From positions 250,001 to 314,000 of the forward strand of contig MU054117.1 in assembly GCA_013239625.1 (NCBI GenBank): 64,000 nucleotides of DNA, in the 5' to 3' direction. The DNA comes from Lama guanicoe (Eukaryota). Positions 37,921-50,560 of this stretch are shown here, one piece after another; positions within the stretch are counted from its first letter, which is position 1, and each line of letters opens with the position of its first letter. A model generated the notes under the pieces. It was not told the origin of the DNA. It made no database searches and worked only from the letters and a program-made list of their open reading frames with translations. A program made the position numbers and the translations under genes.

Positions 37921-39384
37921 GAATCACTGTCAGTATCTGAGGTGTCATAATGGCATTATCAGTTGTTTAAAAAAGGGGTAGTGTCCTCGGACACAGGTAC
38001 TAGTGTGTTCACGAGTGAAACGGCACGATGGCCAGAGTTCCCCTCAGAACGACCCAGGGGAAAGCGGGAAGAGAGGGACGGACCGGACCAGCCAGGCTGT
38101 AACTGTGGAAGCGGAGTGACAGGTGCATGAGGTTTGTCATGCTGTCAGTTCCACTCTGTGCACACCTGAGATTTAACAGTAAAGGATTTGAAAAGATCGG
38201 TGATTTAATTACCCACAAAGACTTCGCTTATCTTTGCTATCATTTTTCTGAAGCCCATCACGGTGCGCACACCATGCACCGCCACTCTGCTGCCTTTTCT
38301 CTTTGATGGTCTTTTTTTCCCCTTCTTTCTATAAGCAGGTAAGTTCACAGGAAAAACCAATACCCATGAAGGGAAAAATAAGAAAATTAAAGAAAAATAC
38401 CTGCACGTGTGAGACGACCACCCTGTATAATCCGGCACACATTCCAGTTAGGACTCTTGGCACATACATACTGTACAGCCTTCACTTACACATGTATTTT
38501 TTTTAAAAAAATCATACTATTAACACAGGTTTGTGAGCAGCTTTTTCCCTCCATTTCTTTCAACCTGTCTAAAGAGCTTTATACCACGATGCTTTTAAAA
38601 CCCCCATACGGATGAAGCGACATTCAGCCGGCCCCGTCCTGGCTTCATGAACCTTCCTTTCACTTGAGCCTTTTATCTGCCAGACTGCCGTGTTCACACA
38701 ACAATGCTGTGTCAGAACTTCGCAAACATTCACGCAAAGTATGAAACGTAAAATATGAGCTAAGTGCTTTGAATTAGCCCCTCGGACCCGGGGAGGCAGA
38801 CATCTCCGCTGCCCTTCCTAATAAACCAGGCTCTTCTCACCCTGGAGGGCTGACGAGGGTAGCAGGGAGTCAGCTGAGCAAGCACTGTTCTAACTGAAAT
38901 GCCTCACTTACGACACATTCAAGCCACAGCCTCGAAGACCAACAGTGGACCCCGGTCCACATGAGCGGGTAAAACGAAGCAGGGAACAGGGAAAAAGGAT
39001 GGGTGGAGAGAGTGAAGACCAGGGTTTACTTAGGTTCTGCAGGAGAGCCGCAGGTTCGGGGGCGGGGGGAGGAGAGCATGAGGGGCTGAGGTCAAGTCAC
39101 CAGACAGGAGTGGCGGGAAGGGCGCACAGACAGGGGGAGGAGGCCCGTCACTCAGGCGCCCAGCCGTCTGTCTTGTGATGCACCAAGAAACGTATCATGA
39201 CCAAGCTCATTTTTATTTATAAAATCTGTTTCAAATGTCCATATAAGAGAGGTTTGGTTTTTTTTATTTCAAGAAAGCAAATGAAACATATTTTAAGAAA
39301 TTTTTTACAGCTAAGTAACATAGTAAAACTCTGTAATGGTGACAGTTTGGGAACGTGGTCCCGGGTGTTAAATCTAACATAAGA

Positions 39385-39610
39385 GCCACTGTTTACTGAG
39401 CACTTCTTACAGTGCCAGACAACATGCTGAAATAAGCTCGGGACACATGTCATGGAATTGTAATAAATTAGGTTAGTGGTATCACCTCCACTTCACGTCC
39501 GTGAAAATGTAGGTTTAGAGAGCTTAATTAACCTGCCCAAAGACATGCATCTAGTCTGTGGCAAAGCTGATAACCGAAACAAGTCCGATTACAGGCCTGT
39601 GATGCTAATT
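39385..39610. mobile_element. MIR remnant
   Basis: tttactgagcacttcttacagtgccagac...gtaggtttagagagcttaattaacctgcccaaag. Confidence 0.6.
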
Positions 39611-40443
39611 ATTATGCTATAATGCTTCCAAAGCCTGTATTAAGGTGAGTAAAAATAATAGACATCAATTAGGCCTGTAAGGTCACACAGTCCGGCCCAC
39701 AGTGGTGACAATTCTGAGTGGGGGTGGCTGTTCACAGACATGACCTCACTGCACTTCCTTGTCCCAGGCTGCCTCCTCGGTGAGCTGGGCCCCCACACTG
39801 CACCCCCAAGACCCCGCCCTGCCGGCCCGAGACGACGCACACGCGGTGTGGGGCAGTGGCAGACGCCGAGGCTGAAGTCAGAAGACCGCAGCTCCAGCAC
39901 TGGCTCCAGTACTTACTAGTCAAGGGAGCAAAGCAAGTACTTTACCTTTTTTCTTCTGATTATTCATCTGACCTAACTAACTAACTAACAAAACGAAAGC
40001 TGATAAAATCCATTCTGCTGTCTGCGAAGGATGGCTGTCTGATCCAGTGAGATGTGACATGAGGTGCTCTGAAAACTGTAAGCACAAACGGGGTTACTCA
40101 CATAACAACCAAGTAGCCTGTGCTTTCCCCAAAGACACACTTACCTGGAGACAAGTAACCACCTGCAGAGAAACGTCACGTCTGGGGCAGAGACATGAAG
40201 AAATGACGGGGGCTCAGGGCAGATGGGAGGGAAGACGGCCCCCCCCCCGGCGCACGCGGTTCTGGGCCAACCGGAACCGCGCAGCATTCATCACAACAGC
40301 ACGTCAACCAGAAGCACCCGCTTCACACAGCTGATGATGCATCAAAGAGTGAGCTCGACAGTTTTCTCTTCTCCGCGCCGACTCCTGACCCTTACCACTA
40401 ACACACGGAAATCTTGTAAGAGGAAAGGTAACTGGGTGAATAC

Positions 40444-40513
40444 CTTGTTCCAGCCGCTGGCATGAACTGCGGTCTCCACTGTACACTCCCGAAATGCCTG
40501 ATATGTCACTGGC
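40444..40513 (-). CDS. BCL2L13: BCL2L13 coding exon 4
   Basis: tctacag| ... |gtattc, 70 nt: (R)PVTYQAFRECTVETAVHASGWNK. Confidence 0.96.
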
Positions 40514-41589
40514 CTGTAGAGATTTTTTTTAAAAGTCTGTGTCACAAAGGAGGAAAATTCTGCATTTCCAGATGAACAAATACACAGTCACTACTCTGCT
40601 GCTGAACTCTTTGCTGACGTAACACAGAAGAGTCAACACGCTGTTTGGCGGGGACCCGCTTTACCATTTGGTACATGGTTTTCCTCAAACGTTCTCTACA
40701 GGCTGAGACCTATGCTCCCAGCTTGTAACACGAGAATAATAAATAATAACAAATTATTCACAATTGCTTGAAACCTATCCAACAAGATTTCCACACTGCA
40801 GATAAACAAACATGTGGGTCATTAATATAGAATCAAATAATAACAAATAGCAAAAGTCACCTCGTTAATAAAATTAAAAGAACAATTTAAACTTTTTTAA
40901 AAGCAAAAAAGGAAAATATTCAAAAATTAAAGAGACATGTCACTGGAAGACTTTTCAAACTGAGGATCTAAGGAGTTGGAATAAAGTAAAAGCCAAGGTC
41001 ATAAACAGACCTCTGTTTTTAACTTGAGTTGTGCTGACACCAGCCCCGGGGTGGACAGTGCCTTCCGACTATTCCTGGTGCACGCATCCACTGAGAGACA
41101 CGCGGCTACGTTCTAAGCCCGGCTTTGTGTGCTGATTAACAACAACAATGACAAAAATACTGAGTTACAGGTGAAGGCCCGGGGAGTCTGGACAACAGAT
41201 TTAATAAAAATTCACTCCTCACCTTTTGTGGGCAAAGAATTAACAAAAATGTAAAAAAGGAGAGGAGTCTCGCTTTTATAGGATTTTAAAATCCATTCCA
41301 AAGGTGTTTTCCGCCCCAAGCACTCTGGTCTGTGACCTCGACTACGATATTTAAGACTGGCAACCCCTGTTACACACTAGGGCACGGAAGCTCAGAGTCA
41401 ACAGCAGGGCCTCACACCCAGGGAGCTCTGGCTGCCAGGGCCACACCGTGCCTGTCACGTGCCAGGGCTTGGACAGGCCACAATGACACCAACGCCCATG
41501 CTGCCAACAAGCCTCTGGGCGAGGCTAGCGAGGCGCTCAGCGTGCAGCCCACACCCTCCATGCAGACTCAGTGAGAAGAAATACGTGCG

Positions 41590-41740
41590 ACAGCTCACCA
41601 ATAATTTTTGTATCGAATACATGCTAAAACTGTATATTTAATATATTGAAGTAAATAAAATACATTTAAAATCTAAATTTTTTATGTGGCCACAAGATTT
41701 TAAATTACACACATGTGACCTGCATGTCACCTACTGTGGC
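41590..41740. mobile_element. MER33-like hAT-Charlie MITE fragment
   Basis: aataatttttgtatcgaatacatgctaaaa...atgtggccacaagattttaaattacacacatgtgac. Confidence 0.5.
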
Positions 41741-43818
41741 CTGGGTGTTTCAGGCAACAGTTCTGATGACATGGCTCATTCTTTCATGTGAGTCAACGTA
41801 ACACCAACCTACAGGGACACTGAACGGAGGCGAGACACCAGGGGCGACCTTCTTAATCAGATGTCATGGGGCACCTTCCTGATTAAAGTAAGCTTAGAAC
41901 TGTTCTGAAGACTCGGGCTGAGCACTAGGCAGCTGTAAAACCAGAACCTGAGGGACACCGTGTGGTCCACATGCCCATGCTGCCCCGGAAGCTTCACGTG
42001 TTGTCCGGCCCCTTTGCCTCCCGCCCTGAGACGTCTGCTGCTGCTGCAGGTCCCAGGAGTCTTTACGGGGTGCCTGTCTAGGGGGCTAAAGCACACTGGC
42101 ACCCTTCAGACTGAAACACACTGAAGCACTACAGGTACACACAGGCATGCACGTAGAAGATCCATCCAATTCAAACATTCCGAGGAAATCCTACACATAG
42201 AAAAGCTCTTAAAAATGAGCCCTGTCTAATGAGCTACGTGAACCCAGCAACGACAAAGCGGGGAGCACCTGTCACACTGCTGGCACCTGGCTGCACGAAG
42301 AGCTCAGGATCCATCTCCCACTCTCACCAACTGCTCAGAGGAACAGGTGGCGTTTTCCACCTTCAAAGAAAGACACTGTCGTCACCCGTGCAGCACCTCC
42401 CCTCCATCTTCGCTGTGCTCCAGTCACTGCTAACAGAGCTTCACAACTTAACCTAACCCGGACTTAAAAAAGGCTGTTACCTTCTGGGGAAAACAAAACA
42501 AATACTCACTCAACACAACATTTTAAAAAATGTAATTTACTCTGCAGTGAAAAGATACTAACATTTCCTGTAGATTATGAAGAGGACGCCAAAGACATAA
42601 GTAACACTGTTCTTCGGAGAGATCACAGCATCTCAGTAAAGGCAAACCTGACGGAGAAACTATGGCACAGAGTGTAATGATTCAACACGGACGGTTCGTA
42701 TCAAGGCTGGAAGCAGCACGTTCTGCCTCGGGCTTCTGGCTAGTTCGCTCTCAGCCCCAGCGGCTCTCACAAGCGCTTTGCTATGTCTGTCTTGTTTCTT
42801 CAAATCTAACAAGAAACCTCGATATGCAGACCACACGGAGCACGGCTGTGCTGAGGACCCGTGCGGAGCACCTGCCAGCCTGGCCTCTGTGCTGCGCTCC
42901 ACAGCAGTGCTGTCCCCTGGCCTCCGGCTCAGGCTCCACTTCCCCACACCCAGAATCTTCTCTCCACATTTCTTTTCACACTTTTATATATAAAATTAAG
43001 AAAATCCAAATACGATTTTCACTTCACTGTTTCCCACGTATAACCTGGATTTTCACCTTTGCTTGTCATCAGAGCTCGCAAAAACAAACCGAACGCTCCT
43101 TAAACTCAAACTGCGTCCTTCTAGCAGATGGTAACGCACAGACTCTGCCCACGTGGGCGTGAGGAGTTACTTGGCACCTGCATACCGGCCCTTCTAGTCC
43201 AGAACAGTCTTCCTTGCTTTACATAGTTGCCAAAAATCTTCATCAAAACAAACTTTTTTTTCTAATTCAGACCAATCTCTTAATGAGTCTCAGGAAAGAA
43301 TTAAGGGAAAAGGACTCTTAAGATTTATAATAAATGATGTGGTTCTATTTTAATATATTTTCATGATCCTTTCTCTTTTGCCTTTAGCTTTAACAGTCAG
43401 AACCACAGCTGGGAGCAGAGTTCCCACTATGGATGAGGCAGTGGGTCCAGGAGTGGATTGGCAACCCGAGAGTTCAGCAACACCTGGGACCCCCAAAACA
43501 CTGACGTGACATTAATCCCACAGCACAACACATCGAACCCTAGCCATTCTGTTTACACTGGTCCCCAGAAAGAGTGGCAGTAAAAGGGGTCAGGACACGT
43601 GAAAGAAACAGCTTGTGTTTACAACAGGGAGAAATATCTGCGGAAACCTGACAGCTCAACGATCAAATTCACCCTGGAACAGTTAACTCACTGCTACGGT
43701 GAAAAGCTGCCACTCAAAACGCACACACAGATGACTTGGGAGAGCAAAAATACAAAGCGTGGAGGAAAGATGTGACCCTGCTCAGCCAGAACAGAGCCTC
43801 GGCGTGGAGGCCACTCAC

Positions 43819-43975
43819 CGGCTGAGGAGCAGCTGCATCGCGCCCTGCAGAGACGCCCCGAGCTCCTGCCGCGCCTTCTCCCCCAGGTGAGCCAGGCAGT
43901 CCTCCACGGAGCTCTCGGGATTCGCAGGGCTGAACACTGGAGAGGTGTGGCGGTCGAAGCCCGTGCTGGTGAAGG
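43819..43975 (-). CDS. BCL2L13: BCL2L13 coding exon 3
   Basis: cttcag| ... |gtgagt, 157 nt: AFTSTGFDRHTSPVFSPANPESSVEDCLAHLGEKARQELGASLQGAMQLLLSR. Confidence 0.96.
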
Positions 43976-44509
43976 CTGAAGACAGGACAAGAGAAAACCC
44001 CAGCGTGCTGAACGCTGCCCACGGGAGCCCTGCCAGCGCTCAGGGGATCACGAAGCTACGCCCGGGTACCAGCTAACGGTTAAAAGCCACCGGAAAGTCA
44101 GGTCATTGTCATGGGACATTATCTTTCCTGGAACACAAAACTTGAGAGGCCCTAAATTTAGAGATCTTTTTTTTAAAGGAAAGATTTTTATGGAAAAACC
44201 TTACTTTTTAAGAGAAGAAAAGACTAAACTGACATGTTAAAAACACACAGGCCAGTTCAGTCTGAGAATGACAAACGTGAGGCATCTCCTAGCTCGACCC
44301 TCCCTCTCTCAGCATTTGGCTTTTCCTTCTACAAAGGTGGCATTTCTGAAACCAGACTCCAGTTACGTCAGTCAGTTAGAAGTGTCAGTAAAGGGCACTA
44401 AAAGAGAAGATTACCGTTAGGTTCTGGATTTCTATGAACTTCTACTCATATTCTCTTTTACTAACAGGAAACTGATTTATAAACACAATTTATATTTTTC
44501 TTGTTAAAA

Positions 44510-45010
44510 ATTACTGGGCAGCACAAAAACCCACACAAAAGCATGAACATGCGTCTTCACAGGGCTACGATACAGGCCGAAGGTGCAGACGGCCTGACGA
44601 CCTGCCAGCTGGTGGCCACACACACAAAAGGTGACATCACACAGCGGGGCACGGCTCCACACGGTGCGGGATGGGTGCTGGCACGTGCTCCCCTGGGGAC
44701 GAGCCAGTGGAAGCAGAGCGTGCGGTTCCGTGTACTTATTTATGCATGTAACCCATCACAGGCAAATACCCAGAGACAAAAAGCAGGTTAGTGGTTGCCA
44801 TGGTTGGGGTGGGGCGGGGGCTGGTGGGAGCAGAAACAAAAAGTTACTGTTCAAGTATACAGCGTTTCTCTGGCGGGTATAAAAAATGTTCTAAATTTTG
44901 ATTGTGGTGATAGTTGTACAATTGTGTGACTGTACTAAAAACCACTGAATCATACACTTTAAATGCATAAACTTACGGTATGTGAACATATCTCAATAAA
45001 ACTGAAAAAA
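44510..45010 (+). mobile_element. L1M 3'UTR remnant
   Basis: gttagtggttgccatgg...gttctaaattttgattgtggtgatagttgtacaa...atctcaataaaactgaaaaaaa. Confidence 0.7.
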
Positions 45011-45536
45011 AATTATTTATGGAAAGCAAAACAAGAAATAACTCAAATGCTCCCCTCAATAATGAGGAAATGACTGGGTAAATATTCATTCAACACATGT
45101 AACTTCACACACAATACAATGTAACTGGTTTTAAAGTTTATGATTTAATGTTCAGTCTAAAGGGCGTGGCTATAACATCACAGGTACTTTGCTGCTACAA
45201 CTATGGTGCACGTGCACAAAAAATTAGCAAAAGCAGCTCACCTCCACGTCTCCCCTCAGTGTTGTTACTAACATAAGGTACCAAAAGCAAATCAAATCAC
45301 ACTGAAGGGAAAGTAGCTAAACATGCCTGTTTAGTCCATTACCTGATACCAGAAAAGGCTACATCTAATCTGCTGAGTTTAGTTGGAGACTTTAATAAAC
45401 ATATCCCCCAGGGAAGAAAAGGGGTACCTTCCAGTTTTACCCTTATAACACTACGCTCATGACCTCTACTGTAAAAAAAAATTAAACCACACCAACAGAA
45501 TCCCCTAAGCAACTAGGAAAATAAGAAAAAAGAGAC

Positions 45537-45644
45537 CTTCAGAGATTTCTTTGTCCAAGGATTTTAGCTCTTCTTCAATTTCAGTTTTAACTTTTAATAA
45601 AACTTCTTGATCCAGAGATTGTGAAGCTATATCTTGTTGAACCC
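45537..45644 (-). CDS. BCL2L13: BCL2L13 coding exon 2
   Basis: gtttcag| ... |gtctct, 108 nt: GVQQDIASQSLDQEVLLKVKTEIEEELKSLDKEISE. Confidence 0.96.
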
Positions 45645-46344
45645 CTGAAACCAACAAGAAAGGTTGAAAGAGGGAGAAAGAAACCATTAGAAAATGGGTA
45701 ATATTTTAAGCATTAAGTCAGAAAATACAAAATCAAAACTCATTATTGGGACTGGGGGCTGGCAGACACCTGAAGACACGGAAGCCAAGACTGGGTTGGT
45801 GGTACCACTTCTCCACTTCTGAGGAGCTATGGAACTCAGGCCACTGTGGGGACAAAACCACTAATTCAGACTGTGTCCTCTCCATCTTCTGGTTGGGCAG
45901 CTATAAAGGAAATATCTCAGAAACATTTTAACACGACAGAGAAGGAAACCTGAAGGGTCGTCCAGATCAGCGACAACGTCTCCTGACGCTGGCACGCGTG
46001 GTCCCCCACCTTCACAATGCATGCAAACTGCAGCAAAGAGAAGGTCTGTTATCAGCACAAGATTTATATCCTGCAACTCAAGAAAACTACGAATATACCA
46101 AAAGTACAGGGCACAACCTATTCACGCAGGAAAAGGAAAAGGAAGGTCTTGGTCTGCAGCAGAGAATGGAGAAAAGAGTCTGAAGGAGAAGAGAAGACCA
46201 GACACGTGACAGCTCACTGGCTGCTGCCCCAGGCACCCAGAGCTCAGCGCCATCACCCCACCCGCAGCACTGAGTCTGAGCACGACCCACCCTCCCCCTC
46301 GAGCCCATTCACAGACACTGCCAGCACCAGCACAGCTGTTCAGA

Positions 46345-48945
46345 TCACTGGACACAGCAAAAGCAGTTCTAAGAGGGAGGTTTATAGTTACACGAGCTCA
46401 TCTCGGGAAACAAGAACAATTTCAAATCACCTAACTCTACACCTGAAGAAACTACCAGAAGAACAGACGAAGCCCAAAGTCAGCAGAAGAAACCACACAG
46501 ATCAGAGCAGAAACGCACGGAACACAGACTAAAACAAAAACGAGAGAGCACCAGTGACACCAAGAGCTGACTCTCTGAAAAGAGAAACAAGGCTGATAGC
46601 CCTTCAGCCAGACCCATCCAGCAGGAAAGAGACGTAACCCACATAAGTGGAATCAGACATGAAAAAGGGAAGAGTAAAAGAAAAAAAGTTTTAAGTTAAA
46701 AAAAAAAGAAAAAAGTTACAACCAGTATCACAGAAATACAAAGGATCATAGGACATTATAATTACACAGTAATAAAATAAACTGGACAACCTAGAGGAAA
46801 TGGACCAATTCCTAGAAATGTATAATCTCCCAAGACTGAATCAGGAAGAAACAGAAAATATAAACAGACCAATTACCAGTAATAAAATTGAAGCAGTAAA
46901 AAACAAAAAACAAAAAACAAAAACTCCCCCAGAAGTCCTGGATCAGACGGCTTCACCTGTGAATTCTACCAAACATTTAAAGAACAGTTAACACATCCTT
47001 CTGAAACTACTCCAGAACCTGCAGAGGAAGGAATGCTCCCGATCTCTGTCCATGAGGCCAGCATCACCCTGATACCAAACCAAAGACAGCACAAAAGAAG
47101 AAAACCACAGGCCAGTATCAGTGATGAACACAGATGGACAAACCCCAAGCAAAGTACTAGCAAACGGAATTTAACAAAGCACTAGAAGGATCACACACCA
47201 GGAGCAGGTGGGACTGGTTCTGGGCTGCAAGGATGGCTCAGTGCCTGCGAACCCATCAATGTGACACAAACTGAAGGATTAAAAACCACACAGTCATCTC
47301 AACAGATGCAGGAAAAGCTTCTGACAAATTCAACACCCATTTATGACAAAAACTCTCAACAAAGTGGGTACAGAGAAAACACACCTCAACACAATAAAGG
47401 CCGTATATGACAAGTCCACTGCTAGAACAAAGACCAGGACAACAGATAGCCAAAACCGCCCTGAGAAAGAACAGAGCCGGAGGAATCGCACTCCTGTTTC
47501 AAATTACATTACAGAGCTACAGGAATCAAAGCAGTGTGGTACTAGGACAAAGACAGACACATGAAACAGTGGAACAGAACACAGACCCCCCCAAACCCCT
47601 GCTTATACGGTCTGTTAATCTACAACAAAGGAGGCAAAGAGGAAAAGAGAGACTCTTCAACACACGTTAGAACAACTGCACAGTGATCTGCAAACGAATA
47701 AAAATGGAACACTTCCTCACACCATACACAAAAATAAACTCAAAATGGATTAAAGATTTAAACGTAAGACCCAAAACCATAAAACTTCCAGAAGAACACA
47801 TAGGCAGTAAGCTCTTTGACATCAATCTTAGCAGTATTTTTTTGGATGTGTCTCCTCAGACAAGGGAAACAACAGCAAAAGTAAACAAATGGGACTCCAA
47901 CCAAACTAAAAAGCTTTTGCACAGAAAAGGAAACTAACCACAAAATGAAAAGGCAGCCTGCTGAATGGGAGAAGGTATCTGCAAATGGTAATATCCAAAA
48001 TAGACAAACTCATACAACTCGACATAAAAATAAAAACTCAATTAAAAATAGGCACAGGGTATGAATAGACATTTTTCCAAAGAAGACACACAGAGGCCAA
48101 CAGGCACATGAAAAGATGCACATTGATCATCAGGGAAATGCAAATCAAAACCACAACGAGATGTCACCTCACACCTGTCAGAATGGCCGTTATAAAGACA
48201 AGAACCAGAACCTAACACAATATGTAAATCAACTATACTTCAGTTTTTAAAAATAAATACAAATTAACTATAGAAGCAAGGAAACAAAAGACAATAAAAA
48301 GCAAGAGTTGGCAAGGCTGCGCACTGTTGGTAGGAATGTAAAGGATACAGCCACTATGGAAAACAACATACAAGTTCCTCAAAAAATTAAAAATGGACTA
48401 CCATACGATCCAGTAAATCCACTTCCGGGTATTATTCTGAAGAGAACAAAAACACTAATTCAAAACGATATATGCACACCTAAGTCCATTGCAGCATCAT
48501 TTACAATAGCCAGCCTAAGTGCCCACTGATGTATGAATGGATAAGGATGTGGTGCGTGTACAGATGCGTGCGCGCGCACGCGCACACACTCACACACACA
48601 CACAGAGCACAGTACTACTCAGCCGTAAAAGGGATGAACCCCATTTGGTACAGCATGGATGGACCTAGAGAGTGTTATGCTGAGAAATAAAGCAAAGACA
48701 GACAGAGACCATGTGATCTCACTTATATGTGGAACCTAAAGAACCAAACAAATGAACAAACATAACAAAACAGAAACAAGACCCACAGGCACAGAGAACA
48801 AAGGGTGGTTGCCTGAGGGGAGAGGGGTGGGGGGGTGAGAAGGAAACAACGGCAACCCCGCAACTAACCAGCTTGCTTGTGGCGCTCATTTCACAATGTG
48901 CATTTATATGAAACATCACACTGCACACCCTGAAGTGCAACTTCT
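46345..48945 (+). mobile_element. Degraded, internally deleted LINE-1 (ORF2 pieces plus 3'UTR)
   Basis: Peptides [31 protein letters not shown] and LTPYTKINSKWIKDLNVRPKTIKL match L1 ORF2; many frameshifts and stops. Confidence 0.92.
48563..48604. repeat. Alternating purine-pyrimidine microsatellite (GC)n(AC)n
   Basis: atgcgtgcgcgcgcacgcgcacacactcacacacacacaca. Confidence 0.8.
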
Positions 48946-49077
48946 GATAATTATACCTAGTAAAGCTGATTTTTTAATTACATAAAACATTACACAAAAT
49001 TTGAAACAATTTAAACTATGAAAAAGGTGATCTTCATAAATTTTCATAAAGCATAAAAATCTGTACATACAGGCTTT

Positions 49078-49222
49078 CCTTTTCTTTTCCTTTGTTTTGT
49101 TTTTTCTGTTTTGTCTTGGGGGGAGGTGACGAGGGTTCTTCACTTAATGAAGTTGCTGGGGACTGAACCCACGCCCCAGGCGCTCGGCATGCTCTCTACC
49201 ACTGAGCTACACCCTCAGCTCC
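49078..49222 (-). mobile_element. Older tRNA-derived SINE
   Basis: Reverse complement head ...gagggtgtagctcagtggtagagagcatgccgagc...gggttcagtccccagc; T-rich tail on +; short flanking repeat caggcttt. Confidence 0.75.
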
Positions 49223-49239
49223 CAGGCTTTGTTTTTCAG

Positions 49240-49540
49240 TTTTTTTATTGTGTGGTCATACATCTAACAGAACACTTACCGTCCTAACCGTTTGTAAGTG
49301 CATAGGCTCAGCATACTGAATACACTCACGATGCTGTGCTACCATCCCCACTGTCCATCTCCCGAACACTTTTCTTCCCGTAAAACTGAACCTGCACCCA
49401 TTGAACTCTCCACAGCCCCTCTCTGCAGCCCTGGCTGCCACCGTCTGCCTTCTGCCTCTAATTTCAATGACTCTAAGTACCTCATACACGGGGGGGTCAT
49501 ACAGCATTTGTCTTTCTGGGACTGGCTTATGTCACTGACA
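49240..49540 (-). mobile_element. L1M 3'UTR remnant
   Basis: ttttttattgtgtggtc...catacagcatttgtctttctgggactggcttatgtcact. Confidence 0.7.
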
Positions 49541-50433
49541 GACAGACTTGTAACAACTCTCAAGTGATGCTCGAAATCAAAGCGGGTTTTCCTTTTAGAA
49601 GTGAGGCTCTGCGCCAGCACTGACCAGCACCTGCACTGAGCAAAGTGACAGCTAGAGCATCCGCGGCATTAAAACAAGGCAAACACAGACTGGGAAGTTA
49701 ACTTAAAGTCAGTCTTATTTCTTTCAAAAAAATTCTCTCTCCCTTCTGGCTTCCTGGAAGGCATCTCAGGGAAGTGGGAGGTAAGCTTTGGAGCCAAGCA
49801 CTCCAGCTCATCACACACACGTGACCTTGGTCAAGGCACATAATCTTTTGGAGCCTCTCCTCTTATGTAAATAGGAAAATAACACCTACCACTGAGGCAA
49901 GGGTAAGGAGATAAGCAAGTTAAGCTCCACACACCAAACGTGCTCAGCAGAGAGTGGCCCCCACTCACCATCCCTGTGACTCTCTAAGATGATCCTTCCC
50001 CAAACCCAGCCTTGTCTCTGAGAACAGAACCAGCTCACAGGCTCCTCATCAGTCATGCTCACCCAGAATCTGCTTAAGAGTCTGGACCAGGACAACCCTC
50101 TGACAGCTTAGATAACCTAAGCGGTAATAAAGCAGGGCTGTTGTAACACCCACCAGGAGAGCTCCTACGGTTACTCTCGCTCTTCAACCGCTGCAAGAGA
50201 GGATGGCTTAGTATCAACTGATCAAAAATACATGTTTTGCTTGAACACATGTCCAACAGAGTTTAATTTATATTCAAAAATACAGAAGGAAAGTTAGTTT
50301 TTTAACTGAAAGGCACATTTCACAATAAATTCATCTGGGAAGTTTTACCAGGAAGCTACAACCCTGAACACCAGAAGGTCCCTGGTTTTCTATGTTTCCA
50401 GATGTGACTTGTGTCTAAGAAACCTGCCTTCAG

Positions 50434-50560
50434 GGGAGGGTATAGCTTAAGTGGTAGAGTGCATGCTTAGCATGCATTAGGTCCTAGGTTCATTCCCCAG
50501 TACCTCTTCTAAATATAAATAAATATATAAACCTAATTACCTACCCCCCCCCAAAAAAGA
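50434..50560 (+). mobile_element. tRNA-derived camelid-type SINE (Vic-like)
   Basis: ggggagggtatagcttaagtggtagagtgcatgcttagcatgcattaggtcctaggttcattccccagtacctc plus aaacctaattacc tail; 17-bp TSD with 2 mismatches (50417-50433 and 50561-50577). Confidence 0.88.

Noticed and set aside
46800..47937. ORFs with reverse-transcriptase-region similarity
   Set aside because: Fragmented, frameshifted L1 ORF2 remnants; not an active element or host gene
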